Source: Myxococcota bacterium | GTDB lineage: Bacteria; Myxococcota_A; Polyangia; Palsa-1104; JAEUJZ01 | Assembly: GCA_025057315.1 (NCBI GenBank) | Contig: JANWXW010000057.1 | Span: 33,250-97,249, forward strand | DNA: 64,000 nucleotides | Reading direction: 5' to 3' | Shown here: in pieces, positions 46,070-57,150 of the stretch | Layout: every line of letters starts with the position of its first letter | Position numbering within the stretch: the stretch's first letter is position 1 | Notes under the pieces: model-generated | Databases searched by the model: none | What the model saw: the letters and a program-made list of their open reading frames with translations, nothing else | Told to the model about the DNA's origin: nothing | Made by a program: the position numbers and the translations under genes

Positions 46070-46785
46070 AACGTCCCCTGCAGCCTCAGAGACGGACCGG
46101 GGCTCGTCGCAGGCACCTGGAGGCAAACGTCGGCGCCCAGCCGGTCACAGGGACTTCGCGTGAAGTAGACCGCTGGCACGAGGATGGCTACCGACAGGGC
46201 AGCGACACCCGCCGCACCGACTGTCCAGACCCACCAGCGTTCGTACCATCGGGGTGGTGGTTCCACGACCCTGTAGGGGTTGAGGCCTGGCGGCAGCTCA
46301 GCGAGCCGGACTTGACGTTCGACCAGCTGGCCGGCCACCGAGTGGACCGTAAACACCTCATCGCGGTAGCCGGAGCGGGACACCCGGACAGTGCGGGCCC
46401 CGAGCTTCATCTCCACCTCAAGCGGCGTCTCCCCAACGAACTGACCGTCGACGAATACGCGGGCGCGTTCCACGTTGGCCCCGACCCGCAGGACGCCCGA
46501 AACCGGTACCATGTCGATCTCAATCCGGGTGACCTTGCCCTGCCGCACCTGAAAGACATCGATGTAGGGAGCGTAGCCCGGCCGCGCTACGCGAATGGTG
46601 TGCTCACCGACAGCACATGGGATGGTGCCCGACAGCGGTGTCGTGCCAATCTTGTCCCCGTCGAGGTAGACATCTGCTCCATCGACAGCGCCAGCGAGAG
46701 CAAATCCCGTCTCAGCAGCCTCCGCCCGGCACACCGCCAGCAGGGCCAGTATGGCCACGACGATGCCGAGGCGCAAAACGCGCAT
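46066..46785 (-). CDS. PEGA-domain protein with signal peptide and C-terminal TM anchor
   Basis: Met at 46785: MRVLRLGIVVAILALLAVCRAEA. Two PEGA units (DVYLDGDKIGTTPL...HTIRVARPGY; RVFVDGQFVGETPL...RTVRVSRSGY). TM helix WWVWTVGAAGVAALSVAILV. Confidence 0.8.
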   Translation of the reverse strand: MRVLRLGIVVAILALLAVCRAEAAETGFALAGAVDGADVYLDGDKIGTTPLSGTIPCAVGEHTIRVARPGYAPYIDVFQVRQGKVTRIEIDMVPVSGVLRVGANVERARVFVDGQFVGETPLEVEMKLGARTVRVSRSGYRDEVFTVHSVAGQLVERQVRLAELPPGLNPYRVVEPPPRWYERWWVWTVGAAGVAALSVAILVPAVYFTRSPCDRLGADVCLQVPATSPGPSLRLQGTF

Positions 46786-46898
46786 TCCGCAATTCAGCAT
46801 AGCAGGCCCGGGGTGGTAGGAGCCAGGCAAGACGCATGGTTGCCCGCTGCATGACGATCTGATAACCCAAAAGATGGCCCCCCAAGAGAGGCGGTCCT

Positions 46899-47653
46899 GT
46901 GTCGGACAAGAGCAATCAAACCTACTACGATGACTTCGCCGCCTGGTACGAGCGGGAAAGACACCATGGGTACCATGCCTTCATTGACGACATGGAGGCG
47001 GCCATCGTGCTGCGCTACCTCGGGCCACGCGACCGCCTGCTGGAGGCTGGCTGTGGCACGGGCCTGATCCTGAGTCGGCTCGAGCCCCATGCAGGCCTCG
47101 CCGTGGGTATCGACCTGTCGGCGAACATGCTTCGCCGCGCCCGTGCGCGCCAGCTAAATGTGCTGCAGGCAAACATCACGAGCATCCCCTTTGCGGACGA
47201 CAGCTTTGACGTCGTCTGCTCGTTCAAGGTGCTGGCCCATGTGCAGGATATCCACCGCGCCCTGGCCGAGCTGACTCGGGTCCTGCGTCCCGGAGGCCGG
47301 CTCATCGTGGAGTTCTACAATCCGTATTCGTTACGATATGTGGTCAAGCGGCTTAAGCCGCCGACGCCCATCTCGGCCAGCACCACGGATGAGGCTGTCT
47401 ATACCCGCTATGACTCGCTGACCAGCATCCGTCGCTACCTACCGGCATCGCTCCAGCTTGAGAAGGTGCACGGCATTCGTGTGCTCACGCCTGTTTCGGT
47501 GGTTCACAGCCTGCCACTGCTCGGTCCGGTCCTGCGCTTCACCGAACGATGGGCGGCCAGCACCCCAGGTCTCCGACGCTTCGGCGGGTTCTTGGTCGTG
47601 GTTGCCCGCAAGAGAATGAACCAATTGGAGGTGAACCAGTTGGAGGTTCAGTG

Positions 47654-47654
<1 letters not shown>
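46899..47654 (+). CDS. Class I SAM-dependent methyltransferase
   Basis: LLEAGCGTGL, GIDLS, FDVVCSFKVLAHV, LRPGGRLIVEF. The stop TGA (47652-47654) overlaps the ATG of the next gene by 1 nt. Confidence 0.85.
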
Positions 47655-49045
<1,391 letters not shown>

Positions 49046-49180
49046 CTGCTGCCCAGAAGGTGGCCGTTGCGCCTGGGTCCGCCCTGACCCACTCCGCCCC
49101 TCCAAACCTGCTGCAGGATCGGCACTTCTGGCGTGCACGCCCCCCAGTGGGAACAATTTGTGGCAACCAATCAGACGCTT

Positions 49181-49207
49181 TCTGTCTGGATGACCCATCC
49201 AGACAGA
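49181..49207. promoter_or_regulatory. Perfect 12-bp inverted repeat TCTGTCTGGATG-ACC-CATCCAGACAGA (candidate enhancer/UAS for the EBP, or a terminator hairpin)
   Basis: Read directly. Its centre lies ~85 nt upstream of the -24/-12 candidate at 49275 and 136 nt downstream of the EBP stop. No immediate T-run follows. Confidence 0.45.
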
Positions 49208-49274
49208 GTCCGTGGGGGGCTATTTTGGTGCTTTGATGCTCATTGTGTGGGCGAACTGCTCGGACTGACCGCCC

Positions 49275-49288
49275 GGCACGCCGCATGC
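49275..49288 (+). promoter_or_regulatory. Sigma-54 (-24/-12) promoter candidate for the pilin gene
   Basis: cGGCAC-GCCGC-aTGCt with GG-N10-GC spacing, ~75 nt upstream of the ATG at 49363. Nearly the same element as at 24202-24215 on the minus strand. Confidence 0.5.
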
Positions 49289-49362
49289 TTTCTATGCGCT
49301 GCGGTGCTTGCGGCGTCCTGCTGCATGTGCCAGCCCCGTGCAACCTCTTTCACTAGGAGTTC

Positions 49363-49905
49363 ATGATGAGAAAGATTGTCACCCGCGGCTTCACTCTGAT
49401 CGAGCTGATGATCGTCGTTGCCATCATTGGCGTCCTGTCTACGGTCGCTATCCCGTCCTTCATGAAGTACATTCGGCGCGCCAAGACGACCGAAGCTGCC
49501 CTCAGCATCCGCAAGATCTTCGATGGTGCGGTCAGCTACTACGAATCCGAGCACGCCACCTCCTCTGGAGCCATCCTCCCCAAGCAGTTTCCTGCGGCCG
49601 TGACGACGCCCACCCCCACGCTGGGCACCTGCTGCGCCAGCCCAGGGCAGAAGTGCGCCCCTTCGGCCACCTACTGGTCGGGGCAGACCTGGCAGGCGCT
49701 CAACTTCAGCGTAGATGACCCACACTACTACTCGTATAGCTTCCCTTCCTCGGGCACAGGGGTCAACGCGGTGTTTGACGCAACGGCCAATGGGGACTTG
49801 GACTGCGACTCCGTCTACTCGACTTTCAGCCGACGCGGCTCGGTGGACAGCACAGGCAACGTGACCGGCGGCTCGGGGCTCTTTTCTAGAAACGACATCG
49901 AGTAA
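49363..49905 (+). CDS. Type IV pilin-like protein (prepilin N-terminal methylation domain)
   Basis: [46 protein letters not shown]-terminus GGSGLFSRNDIE. Paralog of 23597-24148. Confidence 0.88.
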   Translation: MMRKIVTRGFTLIELMIVVAIIGVLSTVAIPSFMKYIRRAKTTEAALSIRKIFDGAVSYYESEHATSSGAILPKQFPAAVTTPTPTLGTCCASPGQKCAPSATYWSGQTWQALNFSVDDPHYYSYSFPSSGTGVNAVFDATANGDLDCDSVYSTFSRRGSVDSTGNVTGGSGLFSRNDIE

Positions 49906-50011
49906 AGCCCCGCGCGCTCTTCTCTCTCCCTACATCTCCCCCTGCGATCGCCACCTTAGCCTCCCCGCTTCTTGCTAAAAACATGCTAATCTGCTTCATG
50001 GAGCAGACTCC

Positions 50012-50560
50012 ATGCGGCGATCTAGGGGCTTTACCCTCATCGAGCTGATGGTCGTTGTCGCGATCATCGTCGTGCTCTCGGTCATCGCAGTGGGGGCCTA
50101 CCGTCGCTTTACCGCCCGTGCGCGCGCGACGGAGGTCCATGCGATGTTCGCGGACATCCGCGCCAAGCAGGAGAGCTACCGCGCCGAGTTTTCCACCTAC
50201 CTCAACGTCAGCGCGGCAGAAACTGATCTCTATCCGCCCCTCGGCAGCGCTGGCAGCGAGCCCAGACCCAAAACGTGGGCTCCCACCAACATGAACTGGA
50301 ACCACCTGGGCATCCGGCCCCCTTCCCGGCAAGTCTACTGCAGCTATGCGGTGCTGGCCGGCCCGGCAGGGCAGTGGAATACAGCTGGCGCCTATGTCCG
50401 CCCCTTCCTCGGGGGCACACCGCCGCCGGTGCCGTGGTGGGCCGCCGTCGCGATGTGCGACCTGGATGGCGTGCCAGGAACGCTCTACGATCAAACCAAC
50501 GCGCGCTTCACCACCTCCTCCCTCACGACGGCGGTTCGTGAGGATACCCCAGTCCGCTGA
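50012..50560 (+). CDS. Prepilin-type N-terminal domain protein (minor pilin/pseudopilin-like)
   Basis: [33 protein letters not shown]. The C-terminal domain is divergent. Confidence 0.8.
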   Translation: MRRSRGFTLIELMVVVAIIVVLSVIAVGAYRRFTARARATEVHAMFADIRAKQESYRAEFSTYLNVSAAETDLYPPLGSAGSEPRPKTWAPTNMNWNHLGIRPPSRQVYCSYAVLAGPAGQWNTAGAYVRPFLGGTPPPVPWWAAVAMCDLDGVPGTLYDQTNARFTTSSLTTAVREDTPVR

Positions 50561-51459
50561 TGGTCCGCTTTGTCGCGCTGGTTTTGGCGTTCTGCTTGCT
50601 GACGGGGCTCAGCCACCAGTTCACCCTGAAGCGTCGCGATCGCTTCCCGCCCGAGCAAGACATTCTGTATCTGCCCAAGGTCAGCGTTCTGAAGGCCATG
50701 TCGCTCGGGCATCACGAGCTCGTGGCGACGCTGGTGTTCGTCCGTGCGCTGGTCTACTTTGGCAGCGAGATCGGGACGAAGGACAAGAAGTTTACCTGGA
50801 TGGAAAACTATCTTGACACGATCGTCTCGCTCGACCCCCAGTTCGAGCTGGCCTATCGCTGGGCGGGCGCAGCCCTTATGTACAATGGGCGCACCATCAC
50901 CAACGAGGCCGTCGAGCGATCGAACTACTTTCTTAAGCGGGGCGTGGAGCATTTTCCACGCAGCTGGCAGCTGCACTGGATGATCGGCTGCAACTACATG
51001 TTCGAGATGCAGACCGATGATCCAAAACAGAAAGCGGAATGGACCCGCATCGGCGCCGACTGGATTCGGCAGGCGGCCCTGCTGGGGTCGGCACCGCCCT
51101 GGGCAGCGCTGTTGGCCTCTCAGATCATGCGCAAGGAGGGGCAGGACGAGGCAGCCATCAAGTACCTAGAGGAGGTTTACCTTACGACCAACGACGAGAA
51201 GACACGGCAGGAGATCCACAACCGGCTCATCTCGCTGCGCTCTCGGGTCGCTGCCGAGGGCCTCCAGCAGAAAGTGAAGCAGTTTAACGACGGCTGGCAG
51301 GCGACCATCCCCTACGCGCATCCTGACTTTTATGTCATCTTGGGCCCTGCCCCTTCGCCTCGCCTCGATCCAGAGTGGCTCGGCCGCAACGAGGTGTTGA
51401 TCGAGGCCGAGCGCAGCGAACAGGCCATGTTGAACGAACGCAGCCAGGAGCTAGAGTGA
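50560..51459 (+). CDS. Hypothetical membrane-anchored helical-repeat (TPR-like) protein
   Basis: The ATG overlaps the previous stop (TGATG at 50558-50562). N-terminal TM helix MVRFVALVLAFCLLTGL. Alpha-helical repeat-like body. No family recognised. Confidence 0.6.
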   Translation: MVRFVALVLAFCLLTGLSHQFTLKRRDRFPPEQDILYLPKVSVLKAMSLGHHELVATLVFVRALVYFGSEIGTKDKKFTWMENYLDTIVSLDPQFELAYRWAGAALMYNGRTITNEAVERSNYFLKRGVEHFPRSWQLHWMIGCNYMFEMQTDDPKQKAEWTRIGADWIRQAALLGSAPPWAALLASQIMRKEGQDEAAIKYLEEVYLTTNDEKTRQEIHNRLISLRSRVAAEGLQQKVKQFNDGWQATIPYAHPDFYVILGPAPSPRLDPEWLGRNEVLIEAERSEQAMLNERSQELE

Positions 51460-51460
51460 G

Positions 51461-51943
51461 GTGAGCGCGAGCAGCTCCCCCAAGCCGAAGGGGGTCTCTG
51501 TTCAGCGCAGCCACCGGATGCTAGGCTTTGTGCTCCGACCGATGAGCACAGCCCACTCGGTTTCAGGGCGAGTCCTGATCATCGATGATGAACCAAGCCT
51601 GTGCCGGCTGCTGATGCGTTGCCTACGGCAGCGACACGAAGTGTGTGCGGTTTCCGGTGGGGAGGAGGCGATCCGGCTCTTGTTGGCAGATCCGCACTAC
51701 GATGTCATCCTCTGTGACGTCATGATGCCGGTCGGTGCCGAGGAGGTGTACCGAACAGTGACGTCGATTCACCCCAACCTTGCCGAGCGCTTTGTCTTCC
51801 TCAGTGGTGCCGCATTCGCGCCCGAAGCGCGGGCCTTCCTCGACGGGTTGCCCAATCTCAGAATCGACAAGCCCTTTGACGTGAACGAACTGGTCCATTT
51901 GGTCGGAGAGCTGGTGGAAGAGCGGAGCCAGAGCCGCACCTAA
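51461..51943 (+). CDS. Stand-alone response regulator receiver (REC) protein
   Basis: GRVLIIDDEPSLCRLL, DVILCDVMMP, FLSGAAF, KPFDVNEL. GTG start 1 nt after the previous stop; an internal Met start is possible. Confidence 0.8.
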   Translation: MSASSSPKPKGVSVQRSHRMLGFVLRPMSTAHSVSGRVLIIDDEPSLCRLLMRCLRQRHEVCAVSGGEEAIRLLLADPHYDVILCDVMMPVGAEEVYRTVTSIHPNLAERFVFLSGAAFAPEARAFLDGLPNLRIDKPFDVNELVHLVGELVEERSQSRT

Positions 51944-52046
51944 CCCTTGCTTCTGCACGAGCAGCGGGCCAAGGAGCGACCAAGGAACGACAAGCGCACC
52001 ATCGACCGCAAGCGAACCACGCAACCTGCGCAGCAGGCCCTGGCTG

Positions 52047-53204
52047 CTACAGAGCAGAGCCCCTACCTCCTGAGGTCGACGGGGGATGCGAGCGTGTGAC
52101 CTGTAGCCGCTCTGCCTTCAGACGAGCGTCGAGATAATGGTGGCGGCCGCGGAAGAACTCGATGGCACTCCCAACCAGCGAGACGCTGGCAGCAGCTAGC
52201 GCCAGCAGAGGGCCGGCTGCGGACAGGGGAGCCTTCGCTGACGAGGTCAGCGCTGCCAACAGCGAGAGCAGCGCCACGGTCCCGGCTCGCATCCCCCAGG
52301 CCAGGGCGCTGGCCTGAGCCCCGTGATGGCTGAGCAGGTTGTCCAGGCCGCCGACCGCCATCTCAGCAGCGAGCGCGATGATAAGGGCGGCGGATGGAAG
52401 GCTGCGCTGCGCTTGGGCCACCACGATGGCCACCGGCACGGCAATGGCACCCAGGATGCGCACCAGGTCGCTACGGTCAAGCGGCGCCACGGTGGGCTGG
52501 TTTCCGACGGAGCGGCCGGTCAGCAGCTGCGACGTCTGGGCCAGGTAGCTCCAGGCGCTGATCCAGGTGACAGCCAGCATGGACAACATGAGCAGCGTGC
52601 TGGCGACGGCGGGGCCCCAGAATAGATAAGCGAGCAGCACCCCCAGGAACCAGGCGGAAAACACCAGCGACTTCCACCAAAAGTAGCGGCGGAGCAGGTA
52701 GCGGACCGCGATCATCACAAACGGGCCCATCACCCCCGCAACCAGCAGGCCCATCAGGGTGCGGCGCGGTGCTGCGTTGAGCAAAAAGAGGACTCCCGCA
52801 CCGCCCATTTGAACCCAGGTTTTGATCTGGGCCAGCAGCGTGCTCTGCAGCTTGAGCCCACGCCGCTCGTAGGCAGAGCGCAACCCCGTCACCAGGAACT
52901 CGCGGAGAAACAACAGCGCCACCAGCCAGGGCGGCAGCCAGCCCAGATCAATGTAGGGCAGAAACACCACCACAATGAACAGCTTGTCGGCGATGGGGTC
53001 CATGAGACCCCCGAGCACCGTAGGACCGTAGCGACGGGCGAGCCAGCCGTCGACAAAGTCGGTACACCCCACCAGGGTCATAAAGAACAGGGCCACCCAC
53101 TGACCGAGCGTCCCCTGATATAGCAACCAACAGCCAAACGGCAGCAGGGCCAGCCGGATGGAAGTGACTTGGTTGGCGGTGACAAGCGGCTTTCCCCGCA
53201 CCAT
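52047..53204 (-). CDS. CDP-alcohol phosphatidyltransferase family protein with ~190-aa extra C-terminal polytopic domain
   Basis: DFVDGWLARRYGPTVLGGLMDPIADKLF matches D-x2-D-G-x2-A-R...G-x3-D-x3-D. 385 aa, about twice the length of the minimal PgsA-type enzymes as I recall them. Confidence 0.85.
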   Translation of the reverse strand: MVRGKPLVTANQVTSIRLALLPFGCWLLYQGTLGQWVALFFMTLVGCTDFVDGWLARRYGPTVLGGLMDPIADKLFIVVVFLPYIDLGWLPPWLVALLFLREFLVTGLRSAYERRGLKLQSTLLAQIKTWVQMGGAGVLFLLNAAPRRTLMGLLVAGVMGPFVMIAVRYLLRRYFWWKSLVFSAWFLGVLLAYLFWGPAVASTLLMLSMLAVTWISAWSYLAQTSQLLTGRSVGNQPTVAPLDRSDLVRILGAIAVPVAIVVAQAQRSLPSAALIIALAAEMAVGGLDNLLSHHGAQASALAWGMRAGTVALLSLLAALTSSAKAPLSAAGPLLALAAASVSLVGSAIEFFRGRHHYLDARLKAERLQVTRSHPPSTSGGRGSAL

Positions 53205-53238
53205 CGTGTGCAGACGATAGGCGAGCGAGGGGGGCAGG

Positions 53239-56200
53239 TCAACCGTCGGGCTTGCGTGCGAGGTAGCCTTCCAGATGCATCACGCCGTCCCGCGTGCGGG
53301 CGCTCATGTACTCAGCGCGACCCAAGTAATATAAGAGGGCTGGACGGCGAGCCACATAGGCCTCCTGGCTGGCCAGGGGCCGCAGGTGGGCCACGGCCTC
53401 CTCGAGTAGGTCGGCGCGGTACAGCAGGTAGCCAAGCAGCAGCCGCAGGTCGGGGCCCATGGCCTCGATCCATGCCATGGGCCAGGTACGCAGGGCACGC
53501 AGGGCGTGGGCCCATCGTCGCTCCGCCATCTCAGCGAGCAGCAGCGCGTAATCGGCGCCTATGCGCGCCTCCTCCTGTGGTCCCAGGCCAGGGGGGAGGC
53601 GGGGTGGTTCCAGCCCACCGGCACCGCTGGGCCCGCCTTCGGCTGTGAGCGGTGGTCCATCGTCGGTTTCCTTCCGGGGAAGCAGAAGACGGAGGAGGCG
53701 CTCCACGCGCTCAGCTTGGGGGCCACCGCCCAGCACCTGCGCCCGCCGGAGCAGCCGCTGGGCCGCTGCCAGCTTGCCATGGGCCAGCAGCGCATAGGCC
53801 AGCCGACCGTAGCTGTCGGCACGACTCCCCCGCTGTCCAGGGGGGATAAATGGAGAGCCATGGCCTGCCAGGTACCGTTCGAAGCGGCCATAGGGCCACT
53901 GGGCGCCATAGAGTTGCTCCACGTAGGGGTCATGATGGAGGTAGCTGAGCAGGTCTCGGGGGGCAGCAAACTCGATGATGGCGTTGTCGTCCGTGTTGAT
54001 CGGTGCACCGGCGGCGAAGGCGGCCAGCTCGTCCGGTACCAGCAGGAGGTAGCCGAGCAGGTCCTCCGCACCGCGCACGCCGGCTCGCTCGAGCTCGGCC
54101 CGGAGCCTTGGGTGCTGTGGGCTGAAGTTGCGTTCCAGACGCGCTAGATCCAGGGGCAACGGCCGCTTGCTGGCCACCAGGATCACATCAGAAGAGAGAT
54201 CCTCGGCGGAAAATGCATACGCATAAGGAAAGACAGCGGAGAAGCTACGCAGCAAGGTCTTGATGTTGCGCTGCGACATTTCATACAGCTGGGCCCACTG
54301 GCAGAACACCCCATCGTCGGCCAGCCGCTCTCGGGCCAGGCGCCAGTAATCGACGGTAAAAAGGCTGGACACACCGGTGATCCAGGGGTTGGAAGGCTCG
54401 CTGACGATGACGTCGTAGGCCGGCCCTGGCCGCGCCAGGAAATTGCGGCCATCCTCGATGACGATGCGCACGCGCGGGTCCTTGCTGGCGTGATGGTTGT
54501 AGCTGCCAAAAAAGCGGTCGCCGGCCTCAACCACCGCCGGCTCCAGCTCGACGACGTCGGCACGCGCGATGGGAAATTGGGTGATAGCACCGGCAGTGAC
54601 CCCGGAACCATATCCAATGACAGCCACGGTCGGCGGCCGGTCCAGGGCCCTGGGGTGCAGCAGCAGCGGCATCAGCCCGACCATAATCTGCGTGGGCATG
54701 TCGTCGCTGTTGCTGGCATCTACCTTGCCATTGTTCTTTAGTGCCAGGCTCGTCTGCCACCGTTCCACCGAGACGGTGGTGGCGATGCCATCGTGGTAGT
54801 AGAGCAGCTGCGGGACAGGCCACTTCTCATGCTGGATGATGTCGCTGGCGATGGAGAGGCGGAACAGCCCTGCGGAGAAATGCTCCAGGCTCCAGCGCGG
54901 AGCCAGGCCAACAAACAGCGCCGTGCCAGTCGTGGCCGCTGCGCCCAGCACAAGCCCCAGACGAGGCCGCTCGCTGCATAAGAGGAGCACGACACCCAGG
55001 CTGAGCGTGAGCACCATGCAGCCCAGAAGGCCTCGCTCTACACCGAGAGCGGGCAACACCAAAAAACCCGCCGCGACCGAGCCCACAATGGCCCCGATGG
55101 TGTTGAGGGCATAGGCGGTGCCCACGTCGCGGCCAGCGCCTGTGGGAGAGGCTGTGTAGAGGCGCATCGTCAGCGGCATGACCCCCCCCATGGCGGTGGT
55201 CGTGGGCAGGATTGCCAGAGCCGCCAGCAGGAACTGGATAAAGATCAGGCCGTCTGGGCTGAAGGTGCCCCCGCGCAGCAGGGCCAGAAACAGGGCCGGG
55301 AGCTTGTCGATGGTCAGATGGGAGACCAGCGCCAGGACCAGGGTCAGCAGGTGGCACAAGCCAAGGGCCAGCACTGGCTGCTGCAGGCGCGGCAGGAGCC
55401 GGGTCGCCAGGGCTGCGCCTCCACTCAGGCCGATGAGAAACGCCAGCAGGATCAGCGTGAACGAGTAGACAGAGGAGCCAAGTACAATGGCCAGGGCCCG
55501 CGTCCATAGCACTTGGTAGACCATTGCGACCGCGCCCGACACGGCATAGCAGGCCACTGCCAGGCGACGCATGGCAGTAGGGTGCGGCTGCGGCAGCTGG
55601 CCTGCGTGCTCCGGAGGCCGGGCTGGGGTGCGGAGGCGACGGCAGGCGAGCAGGACCACCGCGGCGAGCGAGAGATTGATGCTGGTGGCAAGCCAATAGG
55701 TGGTGCGCACGCCGCAGCGGGGCAGCAGCACAAACCCAGCGGCGAAGGTGCCGGCCACCGCACCGGCGGTGTTCAGGGCCATCAGCGCACCGGCCTGGAC
55801 AGAGGCATGCGCTGCAGTCGTGGAGCCGCGGTAGCGGACCAAAAACTGAAGCAGCAGCGGCAGCGTGGCTCCCATCATGGTGGTTGGGGGAAGCAGCAGC
55901 AGGGCCACGGCGACAAAGCGCAAGGCAGTCAGCAGGACAGGGTGGTTTCCCAGGGTTTGCCATAGCAGGCCGTTCAGGGCGGGGTAGGCGCGCAGCAGCC
56001 ACGGGATGAGCAGCGCATAGCCACCCACGCCGGCCTCACACAGCGCGTAAGCCCGGAGCGGGTCACCCAGCCTGGGCATGAGTCGACCTGCTGCGTGGCT
56101 CCCCAGCGCCAGACCCCCCATGAAGGCGCCAAGCACCGTTGCCATGGCCAGGGTCGTGGAGCCGAACACCAGGCCCAGCTGGCGCGTCCACAGGACCTCG

Positions 56201-56250
56201 AAGATGAGACCGGAGGCCCCGGAGAGGAAAAAGACAAAGAAGACAAGCAT
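53239..56250 (-). CDS. Fused polytopic membrane (MFS-like) / spermidine synthase-like aminopropyltransferase with C-terminal TPR-like region
   Basis: About 480 aa of TM helices, then VAVIGYGSGVTAG, DVVELEPAVV, YDVIVSEPSNPWI (spermidine synthase fold motifs), then about 300 aa of helical repeats. Confidence 0.88.
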   Translation of the reverse strand: MLVFFVFFLSGASGLIFEVLWTRQLGLVFGSTTLAMATVLGAFMGGLALGSHAAGRLMPRLGDPLRAYALCEAGVGGYALLIPWLLRAYPALNGLLWQTLGNHPVLLTALRFVAVALLLLPPTTMMGATLPLLLQFLVRYRGSTTAAHASVQAGALMALNTAGAVAGTFAAGFVLLPRCGVRTTYWLATSINLSLAAVVLLACRRLRTPARPPEHAGQLPQPHPTAMRRLAVACYAVSGAVAMVYQVLWTRALAIVLGSSVYSFTLILLAFLIGLSGGAALATRLLPRLQQPVLALGLCHLLTLVLALVSHLTIDKLPALFLALLRGGTFSPDGLIFIQFLLAALAILPTTTAMGGVMPLTMRLYTASPTGAGRDVGTAYALNTIGAIVGSVAAGFLVLPALGVERGLLGCMVLTLSLGVVLLLCSERPRLGLVLGAAATTGTALFVGLAPRWSLEHFSAGLFRLSIASDIIQHEKWPVPQLLYYHDGIATTVSVERWQTSLALKNNGKVDASNSDDMPTQIMVGLMPLLLHPRALDRPPTVAVIGYGSGVTAGAITQFPIARADVVELEPAVVEAGDRFFGSYNHHASKDPRVRIVIEDGRNFLARPGPAYDVIVSEPSNPWITGVSSLFTVDYWRLARERLADDGVFCQWAQLYEMSQRNIKTLLRSFSAVFPYAYAFSAEDLSSDVILVASKRPLPLDLARLERNFSPQHPRLRAELERAGVRGAEDLLGYLLLVPDELAAFAAGAPINTDDNAIIEFAAPRDLLSYLHHDPYVEQLYGAQWPYGRFERYLAGHGSPFIPPGQRGSRADSYGRLAYALLAHGKLAAAQRLLRRAQVLGGGPQAERVERLLRLLLPRKETDDGPPLTAEGGPSGAGGLEPPRLPPGLGPQEEARIGADYALLLAEMAERRWAHALRALRTWPMAWIEAMGPDLRLLLGYLLYRADLLEEAVAHLRPLASQEAYVARRPALLYYLGRAEYMSARTRDGVMHLEGYLARKPDG

Positions 56251-56253
56251 CTG

Positions 56254-57150
56254 CTAGGGCGCGAGCAGCAGGCTCCGCAGCGGTGGCAGTGCTGGCTGGA
56301 TCTCATCAAGGGCGATGACCTCGCTGCGCACGGCCCCCAGCAGGGGCTGTGGTTCCGCCAGCACGAAGCGACGCGCCGAACTCCGCGCCATCAGGCGCTG
56401 GCGCAGCTGGCGGAAAGGTTCGTTCCCGCTCGCCCGCCAGCCATCCAATCCTCCGACGGTGGCAGTGGACAGGACCGTGCGCTGCACCTGCTGAATCAGG
56501 TCACGGCCCAGGCGCGGCTGTACCTGGACTAGCGCCGGGTTGGGCAGGCGGCCAGCATCGAAGACGCGGCGCAACCCCTTGCCCGCTGCCACCGCATCGG
56601 GCGCGAGCACGCAGTCGGCCCGCCGCAGGACCACCTCGCTGACGGCAGCGGCCACATCAGGTGCAGGCGGCCGCAGGTCGAAGTGCTGTGCCACCCGCAG
56701 CTCTCCATCGAACAGCACGTTGTCCAGATAGACCGGCTCGCGGCTGGCGACCTGCGTCCAGGCAAGCCTTGTCCCTGCCAAATCCAGCACGCCCGGTGCG
56801 GACAGGGAGGTGTATAGCCCCCATCGGAGTACGGTCTCTGAGCCCACAGTGGCGATGGCCAGCACCGGGTAGCTTGTGCCCCGCTCTGCCAAATAGATCG
56901 CATCTAGCACCGCCAGGTCCACCTGTCCGCGCCGGATGGCGGCCTCCAGATCCGCCGCACGGGCGAAGGCCCGCCCCTGTACCTCCAGCCCGGCAGCGCG
57001 GAGCTGGCGAGCCAGACCTTCGATGTAGGCAAAGCGTGCTTGCGCCGACGGGAGCGGTGCTGTGGGTGCATACAGCGCCAGCGTCAGCTCGGCCGCATGG
57101 GTCCAGGAGGCCAGCAGCCCCCACAGCACCACAGCCAGTCCAGCCCTCAT
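56254..57150 (-). CDS. Periplasmic substrate-binding-protein-like (PhnD/phosphonate-binding fold-like) protein
   Basis: The Met at 57150 overlaps the TPR gene stop (ATGA): MRAGLAVVLWGLLASWTHAAEL. Alternating beta/alpha pattern with QVDLAVLDAIYL. The listed 246-aa N-terminal extension is Arg/Pro-rich and overlaps the TPR gene. Confidence 0.55.
   Translation of the reverse strand: MRAGLAVVLWGLLASWTHAAELTLALYAPTAPLPSAQARFAYIEGLARQLRAAGLEVQGRAFARAADLEAAIRRGQVDLAVLDAIYLAERGTSYPVLAIATVGSETVLRWGLYTSLSAPGVLDLAGTRLAWTQVASREPVYLDNVLFDGELRVAQHFDLRPPAPDVAAAVSEVVLRRADCVLAPDAVAAGKGLRRVFDAGRLPNPALVQVQPRLGRDLIQQVQRTVLSTATVGGLDGWRASGNEPFRQLRQRLMARSSARRFVLAEPQPLLGAVRSEVIALDEIQPALPPLRSLLLAP

Noticed and set aside
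51944-52046. Convergent-gene terminator between the REC gene and the CDP-alcohol phosphatidyltransferase gene (GCAGC-AGGCCCTG-GCTGC)
   Set aside because: The stem is only 5 bp and neither strand has a flanking T-run. This is too weak to annotate.
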